A stretch of 64,000 nt of DNA from Candidatus Hydrothermarchaeum profundi (GCA_002011125.2 MTMF02000009.1:547095-611094); one strand, 5' to 3'. Shown: positions 46,637 to 57,296, counted from the stretch's first letter. Numbers and translations are program-made. The notes: a model not told the origin generated them from the sequence alone.

Positions 46637-47041
46637 TCATTTCTTATTGGGTATGTTAGATTCATAATTTTTTAAAAACATTTCAAAGCTTTTTATAAAA
46701 GTATTTATTTTCTGTAGTTCATATCTCAACGTTTCTGTCTCATTTTCCCATAATAACTGTAGGTACTCAATCTTGTCTTCAATCTGCTTCAATTCATTAT
46801 GTAGTTCCTGTTGGCCTTCCCACATCGCTGATTCCACTTCTTCCCTTATTAGAGTTTTTCTATCTTTTACCCCTTGCAGGTCTATAGCCTCTTTGACTCT
46901 ACCTAACATAGAGATTGCCATTTCATTGGGCATTCCAGCCTTTTCCAGTACATCTACTATATCGTCGTCGGCCATACCCTGTAATTTCATGCCTCTTACA
47001 AAATCCCTTGCAAGGAAATCTTGACTTGATTTTTTAAACAT
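46637..47041 (-). CDS. Hypothetical coiled-coil protein
   Basis: Intact ORF immediately downstream of the co-oriented gene at 47048. Confidence 0.6.
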   Translation of the reverse strand: MFKKSSQDFLARDFVRGMKLQGMADDDIVDVLEKAGMPNEMAISMLGRVKEAIDLQGVKDRKTLIREEVESAMWEGQQELHNELKQIEDKIEYLQLLWENETETLRYELQKINTFIKSFEMFLKNYESNIPNKK

Positions 47042-47047
47042 TCCTTG

Positions 47048-48592
47048 TCACTCCAGTATATCGAATCCTACGAATAAGTTGAGTATTAGGAAAGCAGAGG
47101 CTATCACAGTTGAGTATAATATTAAGTTTACTATTCCTGAGGGTATCATTCCTCCAACCAATAGTTTTTCTTCATGGAATATTCGAAACTTCCCGAATTG
47201 AGAGTGGTTTAGATCCATAACTAATTTTAGCTGATACTCACCGATTTTATCGGGAGTAATTGCCTTGAAAACCTCAAATTCATATTTGCTTTTTCCGGCT
47301 ATATAGATACTTGAACTGTTAATTTCGATATCTTTCCAGTTTTTATCACATAGTAGTGAGATATTATTAATCTGAACAGGCGTTATCCCTTCATTTTCCA
47401 CCGATAAAAGGAATTTTTGTGAGACATTTCTTTTAAGCTTTTTAGGATAAAGTTCAAATTTAATAGGGGTCTGCTGTAGTTTGATTAGTCCTTCTGCACT
47501 AGTAGAGTAGTTTTTTCCAGATTCTACGGCATATCTTGCATAGGCTTTTAGAGTGTATGTACCCTCTCTTTCCCCAATAAGAAAATCTGTTAAAATCTTT
47601 TTTCCTTTTCCTCTGCCGAGGTGACCCATATCAACCGATTTTTCAATCTCAAAAGCCGGAATCTCAACTACTACCTCTAGATCCTCTATATCCAGAAAAC
47701 CCTGGTTTTCTAATTTTACGATAATGTTAACTAAACTTCCAGCAATATATCTTTCTTTTAATGTAAATACCTCTAAAGATATCCTTGGTCTAATAGCAAT
47801 CAAATGAAACTCCCTACTTAGAGCCGTTAATGCCAAAGCCGTAGCTAGGGGCTCTCCCTCTGAACTTGAACTCCAACTTCCATCACTATTCTGTCTTTTT
47901 AGGAGTTTCATCTGCGAATCTTGATAAGAAGCTTTCAAACTCTCCGTCTGCAACAAGCTGTATAAGAGCTTATAGACTAGTACCATGTTGTTTATGGTGT
48001 AAAAGTCATCATGCTTGCTTTCTTCTAACCATTTTTTACCTTTTAACGCAGCTAAAAGATATCTGTCTTCTCTGGTATAATTATACAAACGCAATAATGC
48101 GTAAACGCAATTTGAAGTTATCAGCGAACTATTACTCCATTCGCCACTATCTTCTTGAAGCCTGATTAGAAAGTCCCCACCAAGCTTTGCAGAAGTAAGG
48201 TTCGAGTCTAACTGGGATATAAGGGACACACTAGTATACCACGGAGTGCTCTTATGGCTATCTGTTTTACCCCATCCACCGTCATTGTTTTGCCGTTGGT
48301 TCAACACTCTTCCTTGCTTATGTATTACTTCTGAAGATTTTGCTAGAGCAGCTGTATCGTAGGGTTCCACACCGCTGATCCAATAGAGGCTTTTATTGAT
48401 TTTGACACCATTTTCTTCTAGTGCTTGGATAACTATCGAGGTAGAGTATATTCTTGAATCTATTCCATCTGACAATTTACCCCAGCTTCCATCAGGGTTT
48501 TGATGATTTATTAGCCATGTTACGGCATCATTACTTCTATCAGCGAAAACAACAGAGGGAAGGAAAAGAGCCATTATTAAAATAGCCTTCAT
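47048..48592 (-). CDS. Surface protein with prenyltransferase/squalene-cyclase (QW) repeats, CARDB-like domains and a C-terminal TM
   Basis: Signal peptide; QNPDGSW, QNNDGGW, QEDSGEW, QNSDGSW; LENQG/VENEG. Confidence 0.78.
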   Translation of the reverse strand: MKAILIMALFLPSVVFADRSNDAVTWLINHQNPDGSWGKLSDGIDSRIYSTSIVIQALEENGVKINKSLYWISGVEPYDTAALAKSSEVIHKQGRVLNQRQNNDGGWGKTDSHKSTPWYTSVSLISQLDSNLTSAKLGGDFLIRLQEDSGEWSNSSLITSNCVYALLRLYNYTREDRYLLAALKGKKWLEESKHDDFYTINNMVLVYKLLYSLLQTESLKASYQDSQMKLLKRQNSDGSWSSSSEGEPLATALALTALSREFHLIAIRPRISLEVFTLKERYIAGSLVNIIVKLENQGFLDIEDLEVVVEIPAFEIEKSVDMGHLGRGKGKKILTDFLIGEREGTYTLKAYARYAVESGKNYSTSAEGLIKLQQTPIKFELYPKKLKRNVSQKFLLSVENEGITPVQINNISLLCDKNWKDIEINSSSIYIAGKSKYEFEVFKAITPDKIGEYQLKLVMDLNHSQFGKFRIFHEEKLLVGGMIPSGIVNLILYSTVIASAFLILNLFVGFDILE

Positions 48593-48686
48593 ATTCCAAA
48601 AAAGTTAAATTATATTTTTTTATTACCTTTGAAAATCGGAATAATTACCAAAAATATTATAAGTTGTTATAGGATTGGTTATGGCT

Positions 48687-49589
48687 ATGGAGAATGATGT
48701 GAAAGCTGAAGTAACTCCCAAGGCTAGGGATGAAGCCGGGTTCATAATGACCCGGAAGGGAGATGTTATATCTTTTGAAAGAGAAACTCAGAAGCAAACT
48801 AGAACTGTAATTTATGAGCCGGCAAAATGTACTGGGTGCGGGCTATGCTATGAGGCATGTCCTATGAATGCTATCGAGCTTGGACCTGTAGGAGCAGTTA
48901 CGACTCATCAGCTGGAAGGAACCCAGATAACGATAGATCCTCATAAATGTGTTCTATGTGGCATATGCAGTGAAGTATGCATGTTTGGGACAATTGATAT
49001 GCGAATAAACGGCGAGTCAATAAAAAATTCTAGTGATTATCTCAAATATGCTCGTGTATTTGAATTTTATCAGGATAAGTGTAAGATGAAAGATGAAGAA
49101 AAGGGCGTAATGTGTAAAGACTGTGAAGAAGTATGCCCTCGCGAAGCTATTGAAGCAAAGCTGATTGAAAAAAATGGTAAAACTATTAATTCAATAGATC
49201 ATTTCAGCGATAAATGCATATATTGTTCTACTTGTGCAAGAGCATGTCCGCAGGATGCCATAATAGTTAAAAAAGCTTTTGAAGGAAAGACGGAAGTAGA
49301 TCTTGATAAATGCCAGGGATGCGGAGTATGTTACGAGGTATGTCCTTCAAAGGCTATTTCGATGCCTAAACCTAGTGTTCCTGGAGAGAAGGTGGATAAA
49401 ATCGTAATCGATAATGAGGTATGTATTTTTTGCAGCGCCTGCGAAAAAGCATGTCCGGTTGATGCTATCACAGTAAATAGGACCGAGGTTCATTATGTGA
49501 AAAGAAAAGAAAAATCATGGATTAAGAGATGGGAGGAAGCCTTCAATAAACTCAAAAAAGTAAAGGAAGAGGGAATTTCAGATGTTTAA
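48687..49589 (+). CDS. fwdF: Formylmethanofuran dehydrogenase polyferredoxin subunit F
   Basis: About six CxxCxxCxxxCP-type motifs; first gene of the fwd operon. Confidence 0.85.
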   Translation: MENDVKAEVTPKARDEAGFIMTRKGDVISFERETQKQTRTVIYEPAKCTGCGLCYEACPMNAIELGPVGAVTTHQLEGTQITIDPHKCVLCGICSEVCMFGTIDMRINGESIKNSSDYLKYARVFEFYQDKCKMKDEEKGVMCKDCEEVCPREAIEAKLIEKNGKTINSIDHFSDKCIYCSTCARACPQDAIIVKKAFEGKTEVDLDKCQGCGVCYEVCPSKAISMPKPSVPGEKVDKIVIDNEVCIFCSACEKACPVDAITVNRTEVHYVKRKEKSWIKRWEEAFNKLKKVKEEGISDV

Positions 49590-50238
49590 ATTAGAGATCG
49601 ATAAGGACAATTGTACTGGATGCGGGAATTGTATAATAGTTTGTCCTGTTAATTCAATGAGCAATGATGACGTTTCAGGCGGTAAAGGTTCGCCCATAGA
49701 GATCAATATGGGAGTAACACTAGGCGCGGTAGATGTATATGAAGATTTTTGCAGGGGATGCGGTAGGTGTATGGCGGCATGCGCTTACGATGCTATCAAG
49801 GTAATACCTATTGAACAAAAAGAAGACCTTAGGCTCCAAAAGGCTGAAGAATTTCTCTACGGGAAAAAGAGAGACATATATGAACTTATAAAATCCAATG
49901 GTCCGATGACAATACCCCAGATTTCTGAAAAAATCAATATGCCCAGAAGAGAGGCATATAAGTTAGTATTCGCTCTTAAAAATGATGGTAAGCTTTTTGA
50001 ATATGAAAAAATAAATGGGATGTTCACTTATTTCATTGAGCCCTTAAAGAAAAAAGAAGAGAAAAAGGAAAAGACTGAGGAAGTAATCGTAGAGGTTCCA
50101 CCAGAGGTCGTAAATAAGATTAAGAATCAGATTAACTCGATGATGGAGTTATTTAAGAAACCTAAAATTCGCCTGTTCATAGAAATGGAGAAATTGGACA
50201 AAGCAAAGGAAGCATTATTAAAAAAGGGTGAGAAATGA
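49582..50238 (+). CDS. fwdG: FwdG-like ferredoxin fused to a winged-helix domain
   Basis: CTGCGNCIIVCPVN...GGKG...CRGCGRC, then GPMTIPQISEKINMPRREAY. Confidence 0.72.
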   Translation: MFKLEIDKDNCTGCGNCIIVCPVNSMSNDDVSGGKGSPIEINMGVTLGAVDVYEDFCRGCGRCMAACAYDAIKVIPIEQKEDLRLQKAEEFLYGKKRDIYELIKSNGPMTIPQISEKINMPRREAYKLVFALKNDGKLFEYEKINGMFTYFIEPLKKKEEKKEKTEEVIVEVPPEVVNKIKNQINSMMELFKKPKIRLFIEMEKLDKAKEALLKKGEK

Positions 50239-50636
50239 GCCTGGAAGTTAAGCTTATTACTGGTAGAACTCTCCATCAAGGAGCATCAATGGAGAGACTA
50301 GGTAAAGAAAGTGAGGAATACACGAAGTCTGTAGCAGTTTGTGAAATGGACCCTGCAGATATGGAAAAACTTGGGGTTAAGGAAGGAGATATCGTGAAAG
50401 TGGCAACCGATTCAGGGGAAGTTTTTTTGTGGGCTGCTAAGTCGCGACAAGCTCCGCATGAAGGGACAATTTTTATTCCTATGGGGCCTTGGGCGAATGC
50501 GCTGGTTGATGCTGGAACTAATTCGACCGGGATGCCCGATTTTAAGGGCGTGAAAGCAAGGGTTGAGCCAGCTCCAGAAGGAAAAGTATTGAACGCAGTT
50601 GAACTGGTAAGGGAGATATATGGCTACAATTACTGA
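50235..50636 (+). CDS. fwdD: Formylmethanofuran dehydrogenase subunit D
   Basis: ITGRTLHQG, FIPMGPWAN, TGMPDFKG. Confidence 0.93.
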   Translation: MSLEVKLITGRTLHQGASMERLGKESEEYTKSVAVCEMDPADMEKLGVKEGDIVKVATDSGEVFLWAAKSRQAPHEGTIFIPMGPWANALVDAGTNSTGMPDFKGVKARVEPAPEGKVLNAVELVREIYGYNY

Positions 50637-51918
50637 TGTGATTTGCCCATTCTGTGGTACTCTTTGCGACGACATAGAGGTCGTGGTTAATGGCAGTAAG
50701 ATTGAGAGTGCAAGGCATGCATGTAAAATTGGGAATTCTAAGTTCCTTAGTATAAATGACATTCCCAGACCTATAAAGCCATTAATAAGAGAAAATGGCG
50801 CTTCGAGAGAAGCCAGCATAGATGAAGCTATCGCTAAGGCAGCTGAGATATTGAGTAACTCAAAGAGAGCTTTACTATTTGGCTGGTCAAGTACAAGTTG
50901 TGAGGCAACAGCAGTAGGTATCGAGATAGCTGAAGAAATAGGCGGGTTAATAGATGGAACTACAACAGTTTGCCATGGACCGACGGTAATGGCTGTTCAA
51001 TATGTTGGTTTACCGTCAGTTACCCTTGGCGAAATTAAAAACAGAGCTGACTTAGTGATTTACTGGGGAGCTAATCCCATGCATGCTCATCCTAGACATC
51101 TTTCTAGATATAGCATTTTTCCAAGGGGCTACTTTAGAGAGAGAGGCCAGCAAGACAGGGAGTTAATAGTAGTGGATGTAAGGAAAACCGATACAGCTAA
51201 AATAGCGAATCACTTCATCCAAGTAGAGTTTGGTAAAGATTATGAACTCTTAAGTGCTCTGCGGATGATAGTAAATGGGGGCGAACTCGAAGAAGAAGAG
51301 GTAGCTGGAGTGCCAAAAGAGAAGATCATCGAATTAGCAGATAAGATGATGAACTGCCAGTTTGGGATACTATTTTTCGGGATGGGTCTAACTATGAGCC
51401 CAGGAAAGCATAGGAACATTGACAATGCTATTTCCCTAGTCAAAAACCTGAATAGGCATACAAAATTTTCTATAATGCCAATGAGGGGGCATTGGAATGT
51501 TACTGGATTTGGGGAAGTGATGACTTGGCAAACTGGATATCCTTTCGCTGTTGACTTTTCAAGGGGCTATGCTAGATATAATCCCGGTGAAACTTCAGCT
51601 AATGATGTCCTTCAGAGAGAGGAAGTAGATGCAGTGTTAGTGGTTGCCTCTGATCCTGTGGCTCACTTTCCAAGAAAGTCTGTTGCCCACCTCGCTAGAG
51701 TCCCTATGATTACAATAGCTCCCCATCACTCTTTGACAACGGAACTTTCTGAGATATTCATACCTAGCTCTATGGTAGGGATTGAAGAAGAAGGAACCGC
51801 TTATCGTATGGACACTGTTCCATTGTTCACTAGAAAAGTGATAGATCCTCCACAAGGAGTCCTCTCTGATGTTGAGATTCTTAAAAGAATTTTAGAAAAA
51901 ATAAGGGAAATGAGATGA
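50620..51918 (+). CDS. fwdB: Formylmethanofuran dehydrogenase subunit B (Cys form)
   Basis: CPFCGTLCDD, VCHGP, WGANPMHAHPRH, MRGHWNV, GTAYRMD. Confidence 0.95.
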   Translation: MATITDVICPFCGTLCDDIEVVVNGSKIESARHACKIGNSKFLSINDIPRPIKPLIRENGASREASIDEAIAKAAEILSNSKRALLFGWSSTSCEATAVGIEIAEEIGGLIDGTTTVCHGPTVMAVQYVGLPSVTLGEIKNRADLVIYWGANPMHAHPRHLSRYSIFPRGYFRERGQQDRELIVVDVRKTDTAKIANHFIQVEFGKDYELLSALRMIVNGGELEEEEVAGVPKEKIIELADKMMNCQFGILFFGMGLTMSPGKHRNIDNAISLVKNLNRHTKFSIMPMRGHWNVTGFGEVMTWQTGYPFAVDFSRGYARYNPGETSANDVLQREEVDAVLVVASDPVAHFPRKSVAHLARVPMITIAPHHSLTTELSEIFIPSSMVGIEEEGTAYRMDTVPLFTRKVIDPPQGVLSDVEILKRILEKIREMR

Positions 51919-51919
51919 A

Positions 51920-53623
51920 ATGAGCGAACTAGTCCTTAAAAACGGCATAGTATATGATCCAATCAACAATGTGAACGGAGAAAAGATGGATATATTAGTT
52001 AAAGATGGAAAAATAGTGGAAAAATTAAACGGAAACGCTAAAACTATCGACTGTTCGGGTAAAATAGTTATGCCGGGGGGAATAGAGATTCACAGTCATA
52101 TGGCTGGGGGGAAAGTCAATGGCGGGAGATTATTCCAACCCGAGGATCATGTCAGGTTTGCTATGCCTAAAACAAAAGTTACACGATCTGGCACCGGATT
52201 TTCGACTCCAACTACCTTCTTGACTGGGTACTTATATTCAAAAATGGGTTATACAACCGGCATGACAGCTGCTATGCCTCCTTTAATGGCAAGACATACC
52301 CATGAGGAGCTTAAGGATATACCTATGATTGATAAGGGCGCATATTGTCTAACCGATGGTAACTGGTTCATAATGAAGTACCTTAAAAATGGTGAGATAG
52401 AAAAATGTGCTGCTTATGTTTCATGGCTTTTAAAGGCAACCAAAGGCTATGTAGTTAAGATAACCAATCCTTGTGGTACAGAGGCATGGGGTTGGGGTAA
52501 GAATTGTAGATCCTTAGATGACCCCGCACCATACTTTGATATAACTCCTCGAGAGTTAGTTAAAGGACTTGTAGAGGTAAACGAGATTCTAAAGCTACCT
52601 CATTCAGTTCATCTTCATGCTAATAACTGTGGAAGGCTAGGTAATTTTGTTACAACCTTAGAGACTTTTAAGGTTCCGAATGGAACAAAGCCTGCTGCTA
52701 AGAGACAAATTATGCATGCGACGCATATTCAGTTTCATAGTTACGGGGGGGATACTTGGCATAACTTCGAGTCTAAAGCAGATGAAATTGCAAAGGCTGT
52801 AAATAGCAATAAAAATATTGTGATAGATACCGGTACTGTAACATTAGATCACACTACCACCATGACGGCAGATGGGCCACTGGAATATTACCTTCAGAGT
52901 CTAACTCATCTTAAATGGATGAATAGGAACGTGGAAATGGAAACTTCTCCGGGTATAACTCCTTTCATATATTCTCGGAAGATGCCTACTGCCTCTATCC
53001 AATGGGCTATAGGACTTGAGTTATCTTTACTTATTAAAGATCCATGGCAGGTTCTAATGACAACCGATCATCCAAATGCAGGACCTTTTATACGTTATCC
53101 TAGGATAATAGCGTGGTTGATGAGTAGGAAATATAGGGAAGAGACTGCATCTAAAGTTCATAAAGTAATTTATGATAGAAGCACTATAGATGGTATAGAT
53201 AGAGAATACTCGTTTTATGATATAGCGATCGTCACAAGAGCTGGGGAGGCCAAGGCATTAGGATTGAGCGACAGAAAAGGCCATCTTGGGGTAGGGGCTG
53301 ATGCTGACATAGCGGTTTATGATATTAATCCTTCAGAGATTGATCCAAGCAGGGATTACAAAGAGATTGAGAAGAAATTCTCATCTGCGGCATATACTAT
53401 AAAAGATGGAGAAATACTTGTGAAAAATGGAGAGATTGTGCAAACGCGATATGGTAGAACACTATGGGTAAATTCAAAAGTTGACGGAGAATTAGAGAAA
53501 GAAGTTATGAAGGATATAGAATACAATTTCAAGCGCTATTATTCTGTTAATCTTGCAAATTATCCGGTTAGAGAAGAAGTTCTTACAAGATCTACTGAAG
53601 TAACTAGATCTGCGAGTGTGTGA
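51920..53623 (+). CDS. fwdA: Formylmethanofuran dehydrogenase subunit A
   Basis: IHSH, HTHEE, HSVHLH, HIQFHSYG, TDHPNAGP. Confidence 0.95.
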   Translation: MSELVLKNGIVYDPINNVNGEKMDILVKDGKIVEKLNGNAKTIDCSGKIVMPGGIEIHSHMAGGKVNGGRLFQPEDHVRFAMPKTKVTRSGTGFSTPTTFLTGYLYSKMGYTTGMTAAMPPLMARHTHEELKDIPMIDKGAYCLTDGNWFIMKYLKNGEIEKCAAYVSWLLKATKGYVVKITNPCGTEAWGWGKNCRSLDDPAPYFDITPRELVKGLVEVNEILKLPHSVHLHANNCGRLGNFVTTLETFKVPNGTKPAAKRQIMHATHIQFHSYGGDTWHNFESKADEIAKAVNSNKNIVIDTGTVTLDHTTTMTADGPLEYYLQSLTHLKWMNRNVEMETSPGITPFIYSRKMPTASIQWAIGLELSLLIKDPWQVLMTTDHPNAGPFIRYPRIIAWLMSRKYREETASKVHKVIYDRSTIDGIDREYSFYDIAIVTRAGEAKALGLSDRKGHLGVGADADIAVYDINPSEIDPSRDYKEIEKKFSSAAYTIKDGEILVKNGEIVQTRYGRTLWVNSKVDGELEKEVMKDIEYNFKRYYSVNLANYPVREEVLTRSTEVTRSASV

Positions 53624-53625
53624 TG

Positions 53626-54417
53626 ATGACTGACGTGATTCTAGTACCGAAAGTCCAGCATAAAATAAGCCTCGAGGCCGAGGTTATAAAGCCTGATGAA
53701 TTCGCTGGTAAGACTATTGAAGAAATAAAAGAACTCCCGGTTTATTTTGGAAATACAGTTCAAAAACTGGGGGATTTCTTTGAAGTATCCGGGTCTGCAG
53801 AGGAAAATGCTGAGAATTTAAGAATAGTCGTTGAGGGGGATGTTTCTAGGGTAAAAAGAATAGGCGAGGGTATGACGACAGGTGAAATCCTAGTTAAAGG
53901 CGATGTGGACATGTATTTGGGAGCTAGGATGAAGGGGGGCAGAATAGTTGTAGAGGGCTCTGTGGACTCTTTTGCAGGACAGCAGATGAGGGGCGGAGAA
54001 ATAGAAATAAAAGGAAATGCAAAAGATTATTTAGGGGGGTCCTACAGGGGTGATTGGAGAGGAATGAGAGGGGGCCGAATTATTGTTGAGGGAAATGCTG
54101 GGAAGGAAGTAGCAGAATTCATGAGAGGTGGAGAGATAATAATAAAAGGAAACTGTGATTCATTCGCAGGAGTCCATATGAAGAAAGGCCTAGTGATAAT
54201 AGAGGGCTCGGTGGCTGAAAGAGTTGGAGCAGAAATGGTAGGTGGCAGTATAATTGTGCTTGGAGAGATGGCTAATCTTCTTCCTAGTTTTAAAATCGGG
54301 GAGGTAGTAGAAGGACTAAAGATAGACGGACGAGAATTTCCAGGTAAGTTTAGAAAGTATATTGGAGATTTTGCGGAAGGCCCCAGCGTAAAAGGGGTAA
54401 TTTATAAAAGATTATAA
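53626..54417 (+). CDS. fwdC: Formylmethanofuran dehydrogenase subunit C
   Basis: GxxMxGGxIxVxG beta-helix repeats; YRGDWRGM. Confidence 0.95.
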   Translation: MTDVILVPKVQHKISLEAEVIKPDEFAGKTIEEIKELPVYFGNTVQKLGDFFEVSGSAEENAENLRIVVEGDVSRVKRIGEGMTTGEILVKGDVDMYLGARMKGGRIVVEGSVDSFAGQQMRGGEIEIKGNAKDYLGGSYRGDWRGMRGGRIIVEGNAGKEVAEFMRGGEIIIKGNCDSFAGVHMKKGLVIIEGSVAERVGAEMVGGSIIVLGEMANLLPSFKIGEVVEGLKIDGREFPGKFRKYIGDFAEGPSVKGVIYKRL

Positions 54418-55020
54418 ATCCTTAACCGATTCCCAAAGGCTTAACTTTTCTTTCAACTTTTCTACTTTTTGTTTTAGCTCTTCGTTTTCCTCCTTTAGCT
54501 TTGAGATTGCCTCTTTAGTTTTCTCCTTTAGTTCTGCTTTTAATGCTTCCAGTTTCTCCTTCTCTGTAGAAAGTTCTTTTTCTTGAAGCCGTGATAAATT
54601 ATTTAATCTATTTTGCAAGTCTCTTTTCTCGGTTTCAAGGACCCCTATCTTAATCCGATGCATTTCTAGGGATTCTTCCATAGCCTTTATTTTTTTAAGT
54701 TTCTCTTCTAGTTCTTTAGCATCTTTTTCAATTTGGGTCTTCTCTTCTTCAAGTTTTTTAAATTTCTCTGAATATTCTGCTTCAATTTCTTGAAACCTTT
54801 GTTTTAATGAGTTATTTTCTTCTTCTAATGCTTTTACTTTTGAATAAATTTCTGCTTTTTCTCTATCAGATTCGTCTAAGTTTTTTTGAAGCAAGTCGCA
54901 CTTCTTTTTTTCTCCTCTCCATTTTGAGATAGTGATGATAGTCATTATGAGTAATATGCCGATTATTCCTAAATGCACTACGCCGAAGGTTACTCCATAT
55001 ACATTAAATTCTGTGGCCAT
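54412..55020 (-). CDS. Membrane-anchored coiled-coil protein
   Basis: N-terminal TM followed by E/K-rich heptads. Confidence 0.75.
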   Translation of the reverse strand: MATEFNVYGVTFGVVHLGIIGILLIMTIITISKWRGEKKKCDLLQKNLDESDREKAEIYSKVKALEEENNSLKQRFQEIEAEYSEKFKKLEEEKTQIEKDAKELEEKLKKIKAMEESLEMHRIKIGVLETEKRDLQNRLNNLSRLQEKELSTEKEKLEALKAELKEKTKEAISKLKEENEELKQKVEKLKEKLSLWESVKDL

Positions 55021-55030
55021 CTTACTCTCC

Positions 55031-55939
55031 CTATAGTTTCTCTACTTCTAGTATTCTTATTTTTTCTCGTAGTCTCTCTATTTCATCTTTGAGACTGGAA
55101 TTTTCCTTTTCAAGTTTTCTTATTAAATCTTCTTTTTCATCTATAATTTTCTGTATGGTCTCTTTAGTCTTGGTTTTGACTTCTAATATGCGATCCTCGT
55201 ATTTCTGTGTCGTCTCTCTCAATTCAGTTTCAAATTCTTCAACAAGTTTCTTTTTCTCCATTTCATGGGAGTTTTTTAGCTCGTTTATTTTTAGCTCATA
55301 TTCTTTGAGCATTGATTCGTATCTCTTTTTTTGAGCCTCCAGTTCGTCTTCAAATTTATTTATTAATTCCTCTTTTTTCTTCTCAGCGTCTGCTAGTAGC
55401 CTTTCCTTTTCAGCTTTATGACCTGTTTTCAGCGATTCTATTTCTGCCTGAAGCTTCTCAAGTTCAGATTCATGTTTTTTCTTCTCTTCATTTAATTTTG
55501 CTTCTGCCTCTCGTCTTACTTTTTCAGTCTCGGTGTCTAACTTTTTCTCTAGCTCTTTTTTCTCAGAATCAAGCTCTCCGAGCCTTTTACTTAACATATC
55601 TACTTCATCGCGCAGAGCAGTGACCTTTAATAACTCGCTTTCTAGGTCTTTATCACGCTTCTTAGCTTGGGCTTCTTGGGCTCTCAGCTTCTCTCGCTCA
55701 AGTTTTAGTGAAGCAGTAAGTTGCTCAACTCTCTCCTTATATCTGTCCCTTTCCTCTTTTAGTCTCCTTATATTCTCATTTTGCATCGATGTTTCTTCTT
55801 TTAAAGTCTCCCTATGACTAAACTCGATTTCGCTTGAATTACTACGTCTTCTGCCTCTCACCTTGGATATTATCACAATAACTACTAGAAGTAGTAGTAT
55901 TGCGATTCCACCAGCTGCATAGACAGTATATTCTAGCAT
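55031..55939 (-). CDS. Membrane-anchored coiled-coil protein
   Basis: N-terminal TM followed by about 250 aa of heptads. Confidence 0.75.
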   Translation of the reverse strand: MLEYTVYAAGGIAILLLLVVIVIISKVRGRRRSNSSEIEFSHRETLKEETSMQNENIRRLKEERDRYKERVEQLTASLKLEREKLRAQEAQAKKRDKDLESELLKVTALRDEVDMLSKRLGELDSEKKELEKKLDTETEKVRREAEAKLNEEKKKHESELEKLQAEIESLKTGHKAEKERLLADAEKKKEELINKFEDELEAQKKRYESMLKEYELKINELKNSHEMEKKKLVEEFETELRETTQKYEDRILEVKTKTKETIQKIIDEKEDLIRKLEKENSSLKDEIERLREKIRILEVEKL

Positions 55940-56509
55940 TTATTTTCCCTTCTCAATCAACTTCAATATATCCGCCTTTGTAATAATACCAACTATTTTA
56001 CCTTTCACTGTTACTAATACTGCAGGATTAAACTTCATCAATCGTGAAATGACTTTTAGGTCGGTGTTTTCACCAACTGTGGGAAACACATCATTCATTA
56101 ATTCCTCTATCTTCTTTTTTGAAACTAAGGATAAATCTTTTTCCATGTTCATCTCTTTTATCAGCTTTGATTCAGAGATAGCACCTACTTGGACACCATT
56201 CTTTAATACAGGCAGCTGTGAGATGCCATACTTTTCCATTAATCTATAGGCATGTCCTACAGTATCACTTGGGCGTATAAAAATCACTGGAGATTTCATT
56301 ATGTGTTTAGCTTTTATTTCTTTCTCCTTCTCCTCTTTAAGAGCGGTTACTATTTTTCTCAAGGTTGATAGTCTAGGATCTATATCGCCTGATTCAATTC
56401 TTGCAATTAACGATTGGCTAACTCCCGCCCTTTTTGCTAACTCAGTCTGTGTTAGTCGCAACTCCAGTCTGTATCTACGTAAGTCTTCATGCGTAGGGAG
56501 GTCAAGCAT
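55940..56509 (-). CDS. XRE-HTH plus tandem CBS transcriptional regulator
   Basis: LTQTELAKRAGVSQSLIARIESGDIDPRLSTL; ISQLPV; GIITKADI. Confidence 0.92.
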   Translation of the reverse strand: MLDLPTHEDLRRYRLELRLTQTELAKRAGVSQSLIARIESGDIDPRLSTLRKIVTALKEEKEKEIKAKHIMKSPVIFIRPSDTVGHAYRLMEKYGISQLPVLKNGVQVGAISESKLIKEMNMEKDLSLVSKKKIEELMNDVFPTVGENTDLKVISRLMKFNPAVLVTVKGKIVGIITKADILKLIEKGK

Positions 56510-56534
56510 AAATAGGCAATTACTTTTAGTAATA

Positions 56535-57296
56535 TTATAAACTTTTCGCCATCTGTCGGTGTTTCTTGCAGAATTCTGGTTCAGTAAACTGTGAATTAAT
56601 TACTTCTTCTTGCCAATGAGAATTATAAAGCCTGCATATTTTATTATCACAAAAAGCTTCATTAAACACCTGATAAAATACCGCCTGCATTGCGTAGCCC
56701 TTCAACACTTCCTCCATTCTTGGATCTCCATGATCAATAAATCTCCCTCTAAACTGTTCTTTAATTTCCTCATATGCCAAAGGATCATGTCCAAGCAATA
56801 TTTTTTGTATATAAAATTCTCTGGGTTTTGCAGGAGCCTCGACTATACCGGTAGTGGAAATTAAGGAGGGGTATCCTAGAAGTATAACTCTACTGTGATA
56901 TCTCCTATCTACTTCGTCAAAAGTTCCAAAAAGGCGATCTGTGAATATTATATGAACCTGCTCTAATGATCTTTTATCCAGGGGTATTAGTTCCCGGTAA
57001 ATGTACTGAAGCATAAAGCCATCATATAGAATTCCATGGGGAGATATTTTTCTTTCTAAAACCTTTTTTTCAAACTGAATCTCTCCATAGGTGACATCAT
57101 TATACTCAAATTCTTTATTAGGGTTTAGTACTCTTATTCTTGCAATCTCGTGAGAAAGTCTGTCGATATTTGAGGGGGGATATTTCTCCAGGAAGTCGCC
57201 TGCAAATTCTACACAATGTTGCTTGATTTTTTTAGAGAGATATTCTACTACTTCGGAGACTTTAATTGTGGGTTTCGCATATAAGATAACTCTCAT
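56535..57296 (-). CDS. Putative archaeal metallopeptidase-like protein (DUF6775-like)
   Basis: [35 protein letters not shown]. Confidence 0.7.
   Translation of the reverse strand: MRVILYAKPTIKVSEVVEYLSKKIKQHCVEFAGDFLEKYPPSNIDRLSHEIARIRVLNPNKEFEYNDVTYGEIQFEKKVLERKISPHGILYDGFMLQYIYRELIPLDKRSLEQVHIIFTDRLFGTFDEVDRRYHSRVILLGYPSLISTTGIVEAPAKPREFYIQKILLGHDPLAYEEIKEQFRGRFIDHGDPRMEEVLKGYAMQAVFYQVFNEAFCDNKICRLYNSHWQEEVINSQFTEPEFCKKHRQMAKSL

Noticed and set aside
50620-51918. Selenocysteine form (fwuB)
   Set aside because: The ligand codon is TGC in VCHGP and there is no in-frame TGA.
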